In this document: positions 1-12,300 of the stretch, in pieces
How the letters are laid out: each line of letters starts with the position of its first letter
Numbering within the stretch: position 1 is the stretch's first letter
DNA from: Acanthaster planci
Lineage: Eukaryota
DNA: 63,868 nt
Reading direction: 5' to 3'
Assembly (NCBI RefSeq): GCF_001949145.1
Contig: NW_019091359.1
Span: forward strand, 2,890,861-2,954,728
Notes under the pieces: generated by a model
The model's database searches: none
Seen by the model: the letters and a program-made list of their open reading frames with translations, nothing else
Told to the model about the DNA's origin: nothing
Program-made: the position numbers and the translations under genes

Positions 1-54
1 TATAATAATAAACCCAACCATACCGGGCTGCCTGTGCGCTGCTGTGCTGAAGAT

Positions 55-209
55 ATGGCGGCCTCGGAGATCCGACAGCCACAGGACCCTGAGTTGAGGG
101 GCTTTTCTGACAACTCAGAAGATGTTGATTTCCAATCCATTTCCTCAGCTGCAGGCCTTGAGGGTACAGGAGTGCCTCTGAACACTCCTTGGACATTTTG
201 GCTGGACAG
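55..209 (+). CDS. EIF4E3: eIF4E3 exon 1
   Basis: ATG at 55, ...[12 protein letters not shown], donor ag|gtttgg. Confidence 0.9.
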
Positions 210-3200
210 GTTTGGAGATATTTAATCAGTTTGAACTTGTTGAAAGGAACGAGGAAGCAACATTATATATACAAATGTTCGCTGATCAACTTCGGCAGTG
301 GTTAACTGGTTAATATTTTACTTTTTATTTTTAGTCGGCTTTCATGTGTTCACACTGTGGACCGTAGGCCCTAGTGAGATTTCAGTTGTCAGTTACTGCA
401 TATATACAAATAGTTCTTTTGTCAAGGGGACCCAAGCCCCAAATAGTCTTTGGAAACTTGGCAGGTTTTTTTCATTTTGAAGAATCGAACGTGTAACGAG
501 GGGCTCAGAGAACTGGAAAATGGAGCTGAACTTTAATAATCATATTTCGAGGAGGGGGCTTATCTGCCTTATATAAATGTAATTTCTATGCAGATGAACT
601 GAGCTGTTTTCTGGTGATGCTCACTGGCCACTTTGCAATGCAAGTGCTGTAGATCAGAGTGTGTTCAGCCAGTTAATTTGAAATGCCTCAGCAACAACCT
701 CGGGCTCCAAGGTTTGCCCCTCCAAACTCGAGTTGGAGAGACAAAACATTAAACAAGGAGGCCTGTAGTTCTAGGGGTAATATTGCACATTACTAAAATA
801 AATTTGAATCATTACACCACTTTACAAAGTGCACACAATTTCAGTAGATTACCCTTTTAATTATTAACTGTATTTTATCTGGCTTTACGACTCGTAGTTG
901 TTGGATTTCCCACTTTCACTGCTTCTAAAATAGTAGAAAATTTTTTAAACTACCCATTACTGCATCCAAGTCTAAAATCGGCAAGTGATATTTTCCAAAC
1001 CATATCCACAAATACCCATCATGAATGACCAGGTAGGACAGTTTCCTAGATTTCAGTGCATGATATCTACTTAGATACTTCTACATGTCTTGTCCACAGG
1101 TCAATTCCAAATTCAACAGCCGCTCAAGTAGAGGCCAACTTGCAGAAGATTTACACTGTTTCCACAGTTGAGGTGAACATGAACAATCTGACTTTCTCCA
1201 GATCAAGTGACTTCGACCAGCAACACTAACCCTTTTTATTTCACCATCGATTCTGTCTTAAAATATCTCCTGCTTTCTGATGGCCCCCAGCGATTTATTT
1301 AATTGGAGGGGACACAGGATATCCTTTTGCACCCTTTTCCCTTTCCTCATCTTGAACTAAACCAAAACTCTGCAATGTTCAGTGTATTTACTTTCAGCAC
1401 ACATTGAAAAATATTTGCACCCCCGGGTGCCCCCATCTAGAATATTCACCCCAGTTATGCCTCAAGTTGTACATTGCATGATGGTTTATGAGGAGTGTGT
1501 CTGTGGATTGGCGTCTTTTTTTTTTTGGCAGTGTTGTAGTCAAAGTCATAAGTTGATCACAAGTTGACGGGATTAACAGCAATGTGAGATCCCAATGACA
1601 TCAGTGGAATTGGTCCCAATTTGATGTGTACTTGGGTTAGTCCCAGTTACTATTGAGACTGTTCCAACTGCAACAAAGTCGTTGGGAAACCCTAACAATA
1701 GGGTACACCGTCATTGATAATTACCATCATTAAAAAAGTCAAGAAAAGTACAGCAAGAAAAGTACAGCTCTTCAAGATGTTTGAAACATGTCAAACCAAT
1801 TTATCTAAAGCGAATTTTTTCGCTGTTTTTCTGTTCAACATTTGGCAGTATACATGTAGGTGCATTGAGATGATGATCAAGGGGCTTAACTAGGATATGT
1901 TAGGGGATTCATTGGGAGGAATGAGTTAGGTGGCAATGGTGGTTGATTAACGATTGTACATTTTCTTATATTTTAGTAGTTGTATGTTGTACATTTACCC
2001 TGAATTTGAGCAAATACTGGATGAATTTTGCACTGCCAAAAAGATAACTCTGAAACAAAATTATTGACGTGCAATTAATTTTAAAATTTTCAGTATTTAA
2101 CCTGTAACCAGAGAAGGTCAATGTGTGTAGCAAAAGACAGAAAATACTATCTATCGTAAGCTTGTGTAATTGAATTAATTTGCAGATATGCACATGAGCA
2201 GCAAGCCGTGACAGCCTTTTCTGTTCTAGTTAATTGCTTCGATTGTTCATTGAGTGCAACATCCAGTACATCCATTTTGTATACCACACTTTGATGAAGA
2301 AAATTCATGAAAAATAAAATTAAAAATGTTGGCTGTATTTCACCTTTTTTTCTCAGAAATTAATTTGTTTGATTTAGAGCAAATAAACCTCTGTGAAGAT
2401 GGAAACGCAATACATGTATAAAGCCTTGCTGTACTGAGACAAGTTAATATAAATATTTCATGTACCAAGTAGTGTTTAATTACGTTCATTCACAATAAAT
2501 AAAAAAAATTAGTAAATGTGTGGATTTGTTTTTCCAGAGCTTCTGGGCTGTATACAACAACATCCCCGATGTTGACAGACTTGCTTATCGGTTCAGCTAT
2601 CATCTCATGAGGAACAAAATTAAACCAATGTGGTAGGTCATTTGCATAAAATGTGTCTGCTTAAACTAGTCTTGACTCAAGTCTGGATATGGTTTCTATT
2701 GCTTTTAAGCTTGCAAAGACACCTAGGCAGTGTAAATAAATGGTACAGCAACAGAAGGTGCACTCAAGATGCTGAACCAAATCCAGTCTTGGGGGAATTC
2801 AGAGGGCCTGTCTCAGAAATTCAAAGTGTACCTTGCTCATGATTTCATGTACCCTTGCATATAACTAATAAAGCCTACAGAGAGACCCACAGCGTCATTT
2901 AATGATTGAACTTGTACTGGCATGAATCACAAACGTGAATCACGCATGAGGTATGCTCGGAATTTTTCAGGCAGATCAGTCGGATTTACCAAGACTGCGC
3001 CAGTGTGGGCTGATGAAGTGCACACACAGTACTCAAGCTGAGTTTTCGTTTGAATGTGCACAAACTTGAGCATCTGGATGTGAAAATGCACTTCACTGTC
3101 AGCACAGGGTTCACCACTGGAGAAAGAGGGTTAGGTTCTTTGCTTCTGAGGTCCTATATTTCAAAGCTTTTGTAAGCCATAATGTAATTGAGGCTATGTC

Positions 3201-6200
3201 CAAATGAGCTGGCTATGGCTAAGAGAAGCACAGGCACCTATGGGAAGTACATGTAGTTGCAGTCACTAGACACTGGCTGCCATAGGTGTAAATGTTGTTT
3301 CTAGCCACAACCCTTACTTTAAAATGCAGCTTGATGTATGAGTCACATCACCAGTGACGAAGGCAACAACAGGGGGCGTTGTTTGGTCAATTAACAGACC
3401 CTTCTCACACAGGCCATCTTTGTTGGCAAATTACAACTATGCATGCTATGCCACCATGTGCGTGTGCACACAGTATGCGCAATGTTTTAAATGCACCAAC
3501 GTTGTGTTCCATGTTTTTTCGGTATACGGCACATCTTATGTCGGTGCCAAAATTTTGACAGTGCAACTGGTACTCTGTAGGAAGTCATGCCATTTGACTT
3601 GCAAGAGACCAGATGATAGCATGGGTGTCTCTGTTGGTGTGCATTCCATCATGAACCCTTGTCCTGCAATAGCAAACATGTACGTATGTACAATCTTCGA
3701 CAGACCGTTCTTACTTTGCGTACTATTTGTATGGACGGCTGAAGTGTTCAGAAATACCATCCTATCTTCTTGTCAGATTTAACCTCAAACCTTTGCACAT
3801 GCTCCACTAATTTTAAAGAGTGTTGCATTTAGTTTTCAGTACTAATGTTTGTTTGAATTTATTGTTTGACATGTTTATTGTTATTGTTTGAGACGTAGTA
3901 ACTCCTCTTGAAGTATTTTTTTGTGTTTGTGGTGACAACCAGACATGGTTTTGCCAGCTCCTGTGGGCCAAAAAATGACGATAACATCAGGAGATAGAGC
4001 AGACCCTGCGGAGGAGAAGTGCTTAAGAACACCGAAAGAATTGAATTTTATGTTATTTGATGAGGGACAATTTTGTGCTCTGAACTTTATCAAATCAATA
4101 GCAGCAGAGCATGTAACATTGACAGAAGATATTTGGGAATAATTAGTGTGCTGTTATTGGTCTTTCCGTTCTAAATAGACATGTTCCCAAACATTGTAAC
4201 TACTAAATTTCTGGTACCAAGACACCGATTTAATGGGAAATTTGTATTTGCTGAGCTCTGTTTACTAAATCTGGAATAAACGTATTAATGCAGATTATCT
4301 TCTAGTTAGGGTATTTAAACTCACCTCGTCTTGAGCTTCAAGTAAAGGGAACAAAACTAGTAACAGGTGTTTATGAATCCGTTTCTTGATTGTGACATCC
4401 CCGATTTCAGTCCTCTCCGGAAATATCTATAATATGACAGCTGCTATTCCTGGCATCAGGTCTTTGAATAACAACCTGTTTCTTTCACATGGATTGGATC
4501 TTGATCAGCAATCCGTCGTTGGTTCTCTGACACCAAAACCCACCTAACTGATGCAGCAAACCAGTGTTGAGGCCACTGATCAAGATCCAGATCCTTGGGA
4601 ATCAAACAGGCCCTCAAATGACAGAGAGTAACCATTAATGACAGACAATTATCGTGAGCACGGCGACTTGTTCAGTGTATTTACTTTCAGCACACCTTGA
4701 AAAATATATGCATCACGACTTGGTTTTGCAAAACAAAACCAAGTCGTCAGCTAAAGTGTAACCTGAGTATGTAATATGTTGCTCTTGACAGGCTTACAGC
4801 TGATCCCTAACAAATCTGTGGAAATATCTGCCTAGCAAAGGCTAGTCTGGTTCCCAGACCAAGAGATACATGTACTTTGAGAAATCTTAGGACCAGTAGC
4901 TACCAGTCGCTTAATAAAAATGGGAAGAACTCCTCCTATTTCCAAAATATTCTAAAATTGGGCGAAATGGTCTGGATCCATTATCGTTATTAGGAAATAT
5001 CTAAAATGTGTAAACCACCTTTCTTCACCAATTTCCGAACATGTTGCATGATTCTGATAATTTTTTCAGCTTCTTGTCATGTCTTTAAATTGTTGCTGCC
5101 ACTTTTTCATACATTTTGATAATAGTTTCTTTCAAACCGACACATACGCCCTGCATCTCAGACATCACATCATACATCCAACATTTCATCGCGTTTGTTT
5201 TTGTCAATGGTGGCTACCTGACCTAAAATTTCTACACTTCTTGAGAATAATCAGGTCCAGGAACCAGACTAAGAAAAAAGTGGTTACCCACCAAAATGTT
5301 ATTTGGTGCAGATCACATGATTCCTGTTGATTCTTATACATCAGTGTCGTTGAAAACATGACGTTTGGGACATAAATGTTTCTACAACTTGGAGTTTCAG
5401 ATCTTTTCCCTCTTAGTTGACCTGTTTCTCTTGCTTCGTGGTTGTAAGTTACATTTATAGACACTTGACTTTGTTGGATTGATGCGAGAGGTTCCATTGT
5501 TCTATTCTTTTTTTACTCTAGGGAAGATCCCAGCAATGCGAGTGGAGGAGACTGGAAGTTCAAAGTACCAAAGGATCAGACGGTGAGAATGTTATTGAAC
5601 TTTCGAAGCTTTACTGTTTGCAGTGTAATAGGGATGTGTTTGGCAAAAAGGAGTGATTATTTCCTTGTTGGTTTTCCCTGAGGTGAAGAGTTCAGGATTC
5701 ACGTAACTCTTTGGTTTTCCTGTGCACAATCTGTCTGGTGTGAGACCTGCCCCAGTTTTAGGCAGAACAGTATCGGCCTACATGTACATGGAGGCTTGTG
5801 AGAGTCCTCTTTCAGAAACTGATTCCTAAAGTATTCACATTACAATGTAGTAAGTTCACTATGAAATAATCACAGAAAGTAAACCTTGCTAACTATTAAC
5901 ATGATAACAGATCTTCTATGAATGGAGCTAATCACAGTACGTACTTGTACAAGTCCACTCTGGAAATAATGTTACAGTACAGATGAGGAGTACGTTGCAA
6001 TTTCCTTTAGTTTTCGCTGTTACCATCGGCCTTAGAAACAAGAAAAATTGTTTGCTTATCGTCATTCATTCAGGGCCATTAAACAAAACCATTTTCTTTA
6101 TAGCTCTTTGTTATTTCTGTTGAACTTGTAGGGAAAAGCATGGAAAGAGCTCCTTCTGGCTACAATAGGGGAGCGATTTTCATCTTGCATATCACCAGGT

Positions 6201-8892
6201 AATTGCATCGTTGACCATGTCCAGTGTGTTGCATTCAGTTTTGTTGAGTTCAGTCACTTGTTCAGACTCAAGTCTGAGTCCGATTCGAGTCACTTTTCTT
6301 TTTGTAAGACTTGAATAAATTTGCCTTTTCAACACCACCACCTTGTGTTACAATTAGGGGATGTGCATTTACAGGTATTTTTGGAACTGGTTACCTGTTT
6401 TATGTCAATACCAAGTAACCAGGTACCCTTAAAATATAAAGAACATTTAACAAATGGCATTGCATGCAATCCTGGCAGACCATGTGCCTGAAACGGGGCT
6501 GTTTTTTCTCTTTTAAAGTTCACATACATTTCATATGTGGATTTTTTTTTTGTACTAGTTACAACAAGCATGAAGAAAGTTGCATCCTCCAAATTCCTGA
6601 TTTGATTACACCTGTAGCGAAGTTTTTATGGGAATAAAAATGGGGCAGATGAGTCAGGCATGTTTCACAAAATATCACAGGTCAAGTTAATGACAGAGAA
6701 ACCAGATACATGTGAGTATCATTAGCATGCCAATGATGACATCTGACACAGTGTGGATAGAACAAACTCGTGACTTGAACAGTGATAACTGGGTTTCAAC
6801 AATGTCCCAGGTACAGTTGAAAGAAAATCCATCATTCTGCCCTTTCCTAAATGAAGACCTGCATGCCATATCATTTAGATTGATCTGAACAAACAGGATG
6901 ATTTTGCCCTCAACACCTCTAACCAAACCCTCATTCCAGTGCAGTCTGTCTCCAAATGATCCCCTTCGTTTTCACCTCCAAAATCATTTAGGTGGGAGTG
7001 CAGAGAGGGTCGTTAGATCTCAAGAAATAATTGTCCTTGTCACAACCAGTTCACTGTTTTTACCAAGCTGCCCTGAGCGGAAGCAAGAAAGGATGCATTT
7101 TTTCCAGCAAGGCAGGCTCCTTTGGTGGGAGCTACACTTCACTGGTTCACAAACTACTATGAAATGCACACATTACGGTTGCGTCGCTACCAACAACATG
7201 AACACTCCCTACCAACATGGCTTTTTTTCAACTGATGGGGGTGCTTCTGCTCAAGGTGGATAAGATAAAGCTAGGAATTCCCTTACAAATTGAAGCAGTA
7301 CATAAAAGAAAAACCCTGTCAAGTGTTCCAGTCATAGGAGGATAATATCAATTATCAATTGATTCAAACTTGAATCCACTAGCCCAACTCTCCCCCCCAT
7401 CAACAGTATCCCTCCACTTCTGTATTTATAGTTGTAACAATTTTGCTGACACAATTATTCCCCACTCAAACGATCTGGCCATTCAGATGACGAGATCTGT
7501 GGTGTAAGCGTCAGTATACGAAACCTCGATGTCGACATCATACAAGTGTGGAACAGGAAGGCAGGACTTAATGACATGGAAATCAACAAAGTGATTGACA
7601 TGGTCAAAGAAATCTTGCAGGGCATTGAGATTAAAACTCACTTCTATAAATGTAAGTATGAGACAAGTGGGCAAAATTACAGAAGAAATTAAACTTTCCC
7701 CNNNNNNNNNNNNNNNNNNNNNNNNNNNNNNNNNNNNNNNNNNNNNNNNNNNNNNNNNNNNNNNNNNNNNNNNNNNNNNNNNNNNNNNNNNNNNNNNNNN
7801 NNNNNNNNNNNNNNNNNNNNNNNNNNNNNNNNNNNNNNNNNNNNNNNNNNNNNNNNNNNNNNNNNNNNNNNNNNNNNNNNNNNNNNNNNNNNNNNNNNNN
7901 NNNNNNNNNNNNNNNNNNNNNNNNNNNNNNNNNNNNNNNNNNNNNNNNNNNNNNNNNNNNNNNNNNNNNNNNNNNNNNNNNNNNNNNNNNNNNNNNNNNN
8001 NNNNNNNNNNNNNNNNNNNNNNNNNNNNNNNNNNNNNNNNNNNNNNNNNNNNNNNNNNNNNNNNNNNNNNNNNNNNNNNNNNNNNNNNNNNNNNNNNNNN
8101 NNNNNNNNNNNNNNNNNNNNNNNNNNNNNNNNNNNNNNNNNNNNNNNNNNNNNNNNNNNNNNNNNNNNNNNNNNNNNNNNNNNNNNNNNNNNNNNNNNNN
8201 NNNNNNNNNNNNNNNNNNNNNNNNNNNNNNNNNNNNNNNNNNNNNNNNNNNNNNNNNNNNNNNNNNNNNNNNNNNNNNNNNNNNNNNNNNNNNNNNNNNN
8301 NNNNNNNNNNNTGGGTTGGCATTGTGAGGAAAAAGAAAATCTGCTGTCTGAAATCTTGCCAGTGAAAGGAAAAGAAAGCACCGTAAATAGTTGAACTTAT
8401 TTTAACACCGGCAATGCGTGTACATATTAAGTTCACAGTACTTCCAAGGTAACTGACAAATCCTTATTTAAATCTTCATCCCACAAATACTGTATCTGTT
8501 GAACCTTGGAGGGTGTCTTCAGAAGCTTGGTGGACAAAAATGCAAAAAGAAAAACACATTTTGTGGACTGGTCATATCACAGTTTTCTCTTGGGGTTTTT
8601 TTTCCTTTCAGAAAGATTTTACTAGGATCCCAACATCACGCCCTCCACCTTTTTCAATTTGTCATTAATATTTTCCATTTCTTTCTTTTTGGGGGGGGGG
8701 AGTTTGGTCCTTTGATTTTTTTCTTCAGAAATTTTAACAGGATTGATAAATCTGGTGAGAATAGTAATTTTGTTGATTCTGAGAAGTCACCTAAAATTGC
8801 TGAATCACCATATCACTTTCCCGTTCGTCTGTGTCATTCTTTTCAAAGCACATCAACAGCACCATGCATTTGAACACGGACAGAGACTGTGA
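55..8892 (+). CDS. EIF4E3: Eukaryotic translation initiation factor 4E type 3 (class III eIF4E), 7 coding exons, 219 aa
   Basis: join(55..209,1100..1172,2538..2632,5522..5582,6132..6198,7487..7651,8849..8892); all introns GT-AG and phase-consistent, 660 nt. Translation has [76 protein letters not shown], matching eIF4E3. Confidence 0.96.
1100..1172 (+). CDS. EIF4E3: eIF4E3 exon 2
   Basis: ccacag| [24 protein letters not shown] |gtgaac. Confidence 0.93.
2538..2632 (+). CDS. EIF4E3: eIF4E3 exon 3
   Basis: ttccag| [32 protein letters not shown] |gtaggt. Confidence 0.95.
4475..4610. repeat. Imperfect inverted repeat (MITE-like)
   Basis: cctgttt...tggatcttgatcag pairs with ctgatcaagatcca...aaacagg. 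Confidence 0.55.
5522..5582 (+). CDS. EIF4E3: eIF4E3 exon 4
   Basis: ctctag| [20 protein letters not shown] |gtgaga. Confidence 0.95.
6132..6198 (+). CDS. EIF4E3: eIF4E3 exon 5
   Basis: ttgtag| [22 protein letters not shown] |gtaatt. Confidence 0.95.
7487..7651 (+). CDS. EIF4E3: eIF4E3 exon 6
   Basis: attcag| [22 protein letters not shown]...THFYK |gtaagt. Confidence 0.95.
7702..8311. other. Assembly gap (in eIF4E3 intron 6)
   Basis: N run. Confidence 1.
8849..8892 (+). CDS. EIF4E3: eIF4E3 exon 7 (terminal)
   Basis: ttcaaag| (S)[17 protein letters not shown], matching the eIF4E3 C-terminal H..HHAFE motif. Confidence 0.9.
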
Positions 8893-9199
8893 AAACTTCA
8901 TGTAACATTATACAAGTGTTAATGTGTTATGCTGAGACTGGCAGTCATCGTCAAGGGCCTTCTCATTTGCCCCCCTGATACTCCTGTGGTGACCTTGCTT
9001 CCAGTTCTATGGAGCACCTCTAGTAACGCAGCAATGAGCAAAAGCATGGATGCGTAAGCCTCCTGGATTACCAAGGAATCCCGAATCCAGCCATGTTGCA
9101 GCAATTAACTTGATTAACTCAGGCTTCTCTGTGGTCTATTTTTAGCAGTCATTAGGAGTTCTATTCATTTTTTCTGTTGGTAAGTAAAAACCTATCATG

Positions 9200-9373
9200 A
9201 GCATGAAATGGCTGGGACTATTTCTATTTCCCTTGGATGGGATGCTAGTCCGTGGCAGGTTACTCCCAAGCTAAGACTGGTACCCATTGGTACTCCTGGA
9301 TAGAGAGAGGCAAATTGGGTGAAGTGACTTGCCTAAGGACACAGCATATGGCTAGCAACTGGATTTGAAACCT
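9200..9373 (-). mobile_element. tRNA-derived SINE remnant with CORE-like domain
   Basis: Minus strand: ggtttcaaatcc (B-box-like)...tgtgtccttaggcaagtcactt...cctctctctatccaggagtaccaatgggtacc...gactagcatcccatcc. Confidence 0.7.
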
Positions 9374-12300
9374 TTAAACTCTGATCTTTATTGATAAGAT
9401 ACATGTATTTGTTACATTACACTCGTCAAATCTCTAATTTCCCAAGTTATGTAGGTAGCTTCATCTTCCCTCAGTGCTAGGCTGGTTTTAGGCTACAAGC
9501 AGTACTTACAATACCATCACCATGTCACCAGTGATCCACAGAGCAAAGTTGACACGGAATACAGGAAGGATTGTGATGGCAAGTGATATCCTAGCCGGCC
9601 GAGTTAAATGCTTAAATGACTCAACTTAGCTGGTAGTCTGCGGGTAGGGAATGTGGTGAGTTGTCAGATAAAAGCACTGCTACAATGCTGTCAGGAATCT
9701 ATTGGCTATATGCGGTCACCTTTGAGGGTGCTGTCTGTCTTGTGATTGGATATTAGATGACATGCGCAGACTTCTTCAAGTGCATTACACCTTTTACAAA
9801 GTGTCACAGGAAACGTATCCCACATGTGGAGGTGCAAGATTGGCTAAATACGCCCCACCTACGTGATCACACATGCTTACTTCCTAAGGGTGTAATGATT
9901 ACAGAATATCTTGAACTTAAGTTGTTACCGTGATGACAACTATTTTCATTTTCATGTTTTACAAGATATATTTTGATTCGTTCACAATTTTGAAATCCAG
10001 TTAATTTTAATAAAACATATTCACAGCCAGGAATTACGATAGGATATTCATATCACAATGCTATATGGTGGTATTCTTGTGATTGATGGATACATTGATG
10101 TATCATTACGTTCCTAATGAACACTCATTTCAACAAAGCTCTGGACTGTTCTTTTTTGTTTCATGTGGTTAATACAAAATTAAAACTTGTAAAAGAAGGA
10201 AGCCAGATATCAAGTTAGGTTGTCAAAGACAAAATATGCATGTTATTGAATGTCACTCTCTCTTTGAATGTTTGTGTTAAACTTATCTTTTCGGAAAAGC
10301 ACAATGCACTAGGTTTCAGATTACAAGTAATTTATAAAGATACAGCCATGATATAGAATTGTAAACAATATTGTAACTGTTTCAACAACATCCTGTAGTC
10401 GTGTCTGCTGTATAAATTTGTCAGTATCAATTTTTTTCTAAACAGAAAATGTTTTTGAATTTGCCCAAACGTAACATGACCTCCTTCATTATGCTGGACA
10501 ATGCTAAATGATTGTTTCATTGTTTGCTAATGATTCACTGCTTCGGCAGTACAATGGGCAGAATTAGGAGAATTCCTCTTAAAATGTGGAATTTGGATTT
10601 TTGAACCTATTGACCAATCAGAGTGCTGCTTCCACACTCAGAGGGGAACCTTGGTAATGGTGAAGAGACAGCTTCAGTACATATGAATGTGAAATCAGTC
10701 GAACCATGCTTGAATTGATTGTAGTGTATTTCAAAAAAGACAGCAAAAGTTGGAAATTCAACAACATGTATGGAGCTTTTGAGTATTAGCATAACGTGTA
10801 CCCTTCGTGGGTGTCTTATTTCAATTTGGAAGATCTTTTCCAAGGGTTGACAAATCAAAACTGATTTGCTCACATGATTACGTTTGTAGCAGAATCAAGA
10901 ATTTTATTATGTGGAAAATGGAAATTTTTGCAAATGGAAAATCGTTCTAGAAAAAAACGGTTGGAAATCATCATAGTCACTCAAGTGGTACCCATTTTGG
11001 TGTAATTAACATACATTGTAATTTTTCTCTCGCCTTTAATTTCACCAAAATCAAGCTTTCTTATGTAAAGATTATTTCCAGACAAATAATGCTGTCCATC
11101 CTTCATTCAGTATTATGTTCCTTCTGTAGCTCAGCTGTCATAGCTGATGTAAATACTGTAAAAAGATAATAATAATTATAAGAACGAGAAAAAAAACTGT
11201 TCAAAAGCAACAAATAATGCACTGATAGAGGTATAAACACCTGTGTCGATGGTATAGATAGTCCAGTAACTGCAATTAATTAATTGTTCATTATGTCAGA
11301 ACTCTGTTGACTTCTGTCATATTTTTGGTCTTTGGGGTGGGAACGGTGTCTACGTTTTTAGAGTTGATCACTTTCCAGTGTAGTTGTGGTATTGATTCAC
11401 AATGCAATATGCAACCAGCCAATCATTTCCTGGAGGCAGCTTGTTCAACCACGGAGTTGACCTTCAGCCTCTGTTGTCCTGTAGTTAATATATCTGTCCT
11501 TTGTCAGCATGAAGTCCCTAACACAAAAGCATATGTAAAGCTCGGGAAGGGATTTTCCCCGTCCAGGGACAGAATGAATGATGGATCAAATAACATGCCA
11601 AAGTCATTTCCTCTGAAATCTGTAATTCTTAAGAGAGCAGAACACACCCCCCAAAAAACCCTCTCTGCTCAGTTGTTTAAAAAACAATTAAAAAAAAAAC
11701 ATTTATCAAAGTTGGCTGATGTCTCCTTGTATGTGGAGATAAGGTCATTGAAGACACATGTACCTCACTTGCCATACATGAGGCACATGCAAGCTTGTAT
11801 ACTATTTCATCCAAGGAATGCGGCTTGTGTAATTACCGAAGAGCACTGTATATTTTAAGAATTTGGGGTTGACAGTTGAGACGCATTGGTTGTATATTCT
11901 GTCCAATCCCATTTGTACAAATTGCAGACCGTGTATAAATACTGTATGATGATAATACTTGATGTTTATGTTATTAGTTGGCTAATGCAAAACGTAGCTA
12001 CGAAGTGGAAGTAATCAGTAGATTGGATAATTCTTAGAGGAGAATAACAGCTTAGGTCAAATGAATTAGACAGTTAATGTCCAATAACAGGAATTTTGTA
12101 ACTTAAGTTTACTAATTTTGATTCTAATCTTGATTTTGGCCTAGGCATAATGCCAGATCCTGTGTAGAAATATTGCTTATTCAGTTTTCATGGTAAGCAA
12201 AAATCAGATGGGAACAAGTGATAACCAGTATGCATTGCAGGATTTAGCCTGTGTCCCATTTGCTATGCCACTGTTTTCTGTACTTAAAAAAAGAGCATCA

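Noticed and set aside
7483..8436. Long ORFs spanning N runs (also 20486-21403 and 38354-38700)
   Set aside because: Artefacts of assembly gaps.
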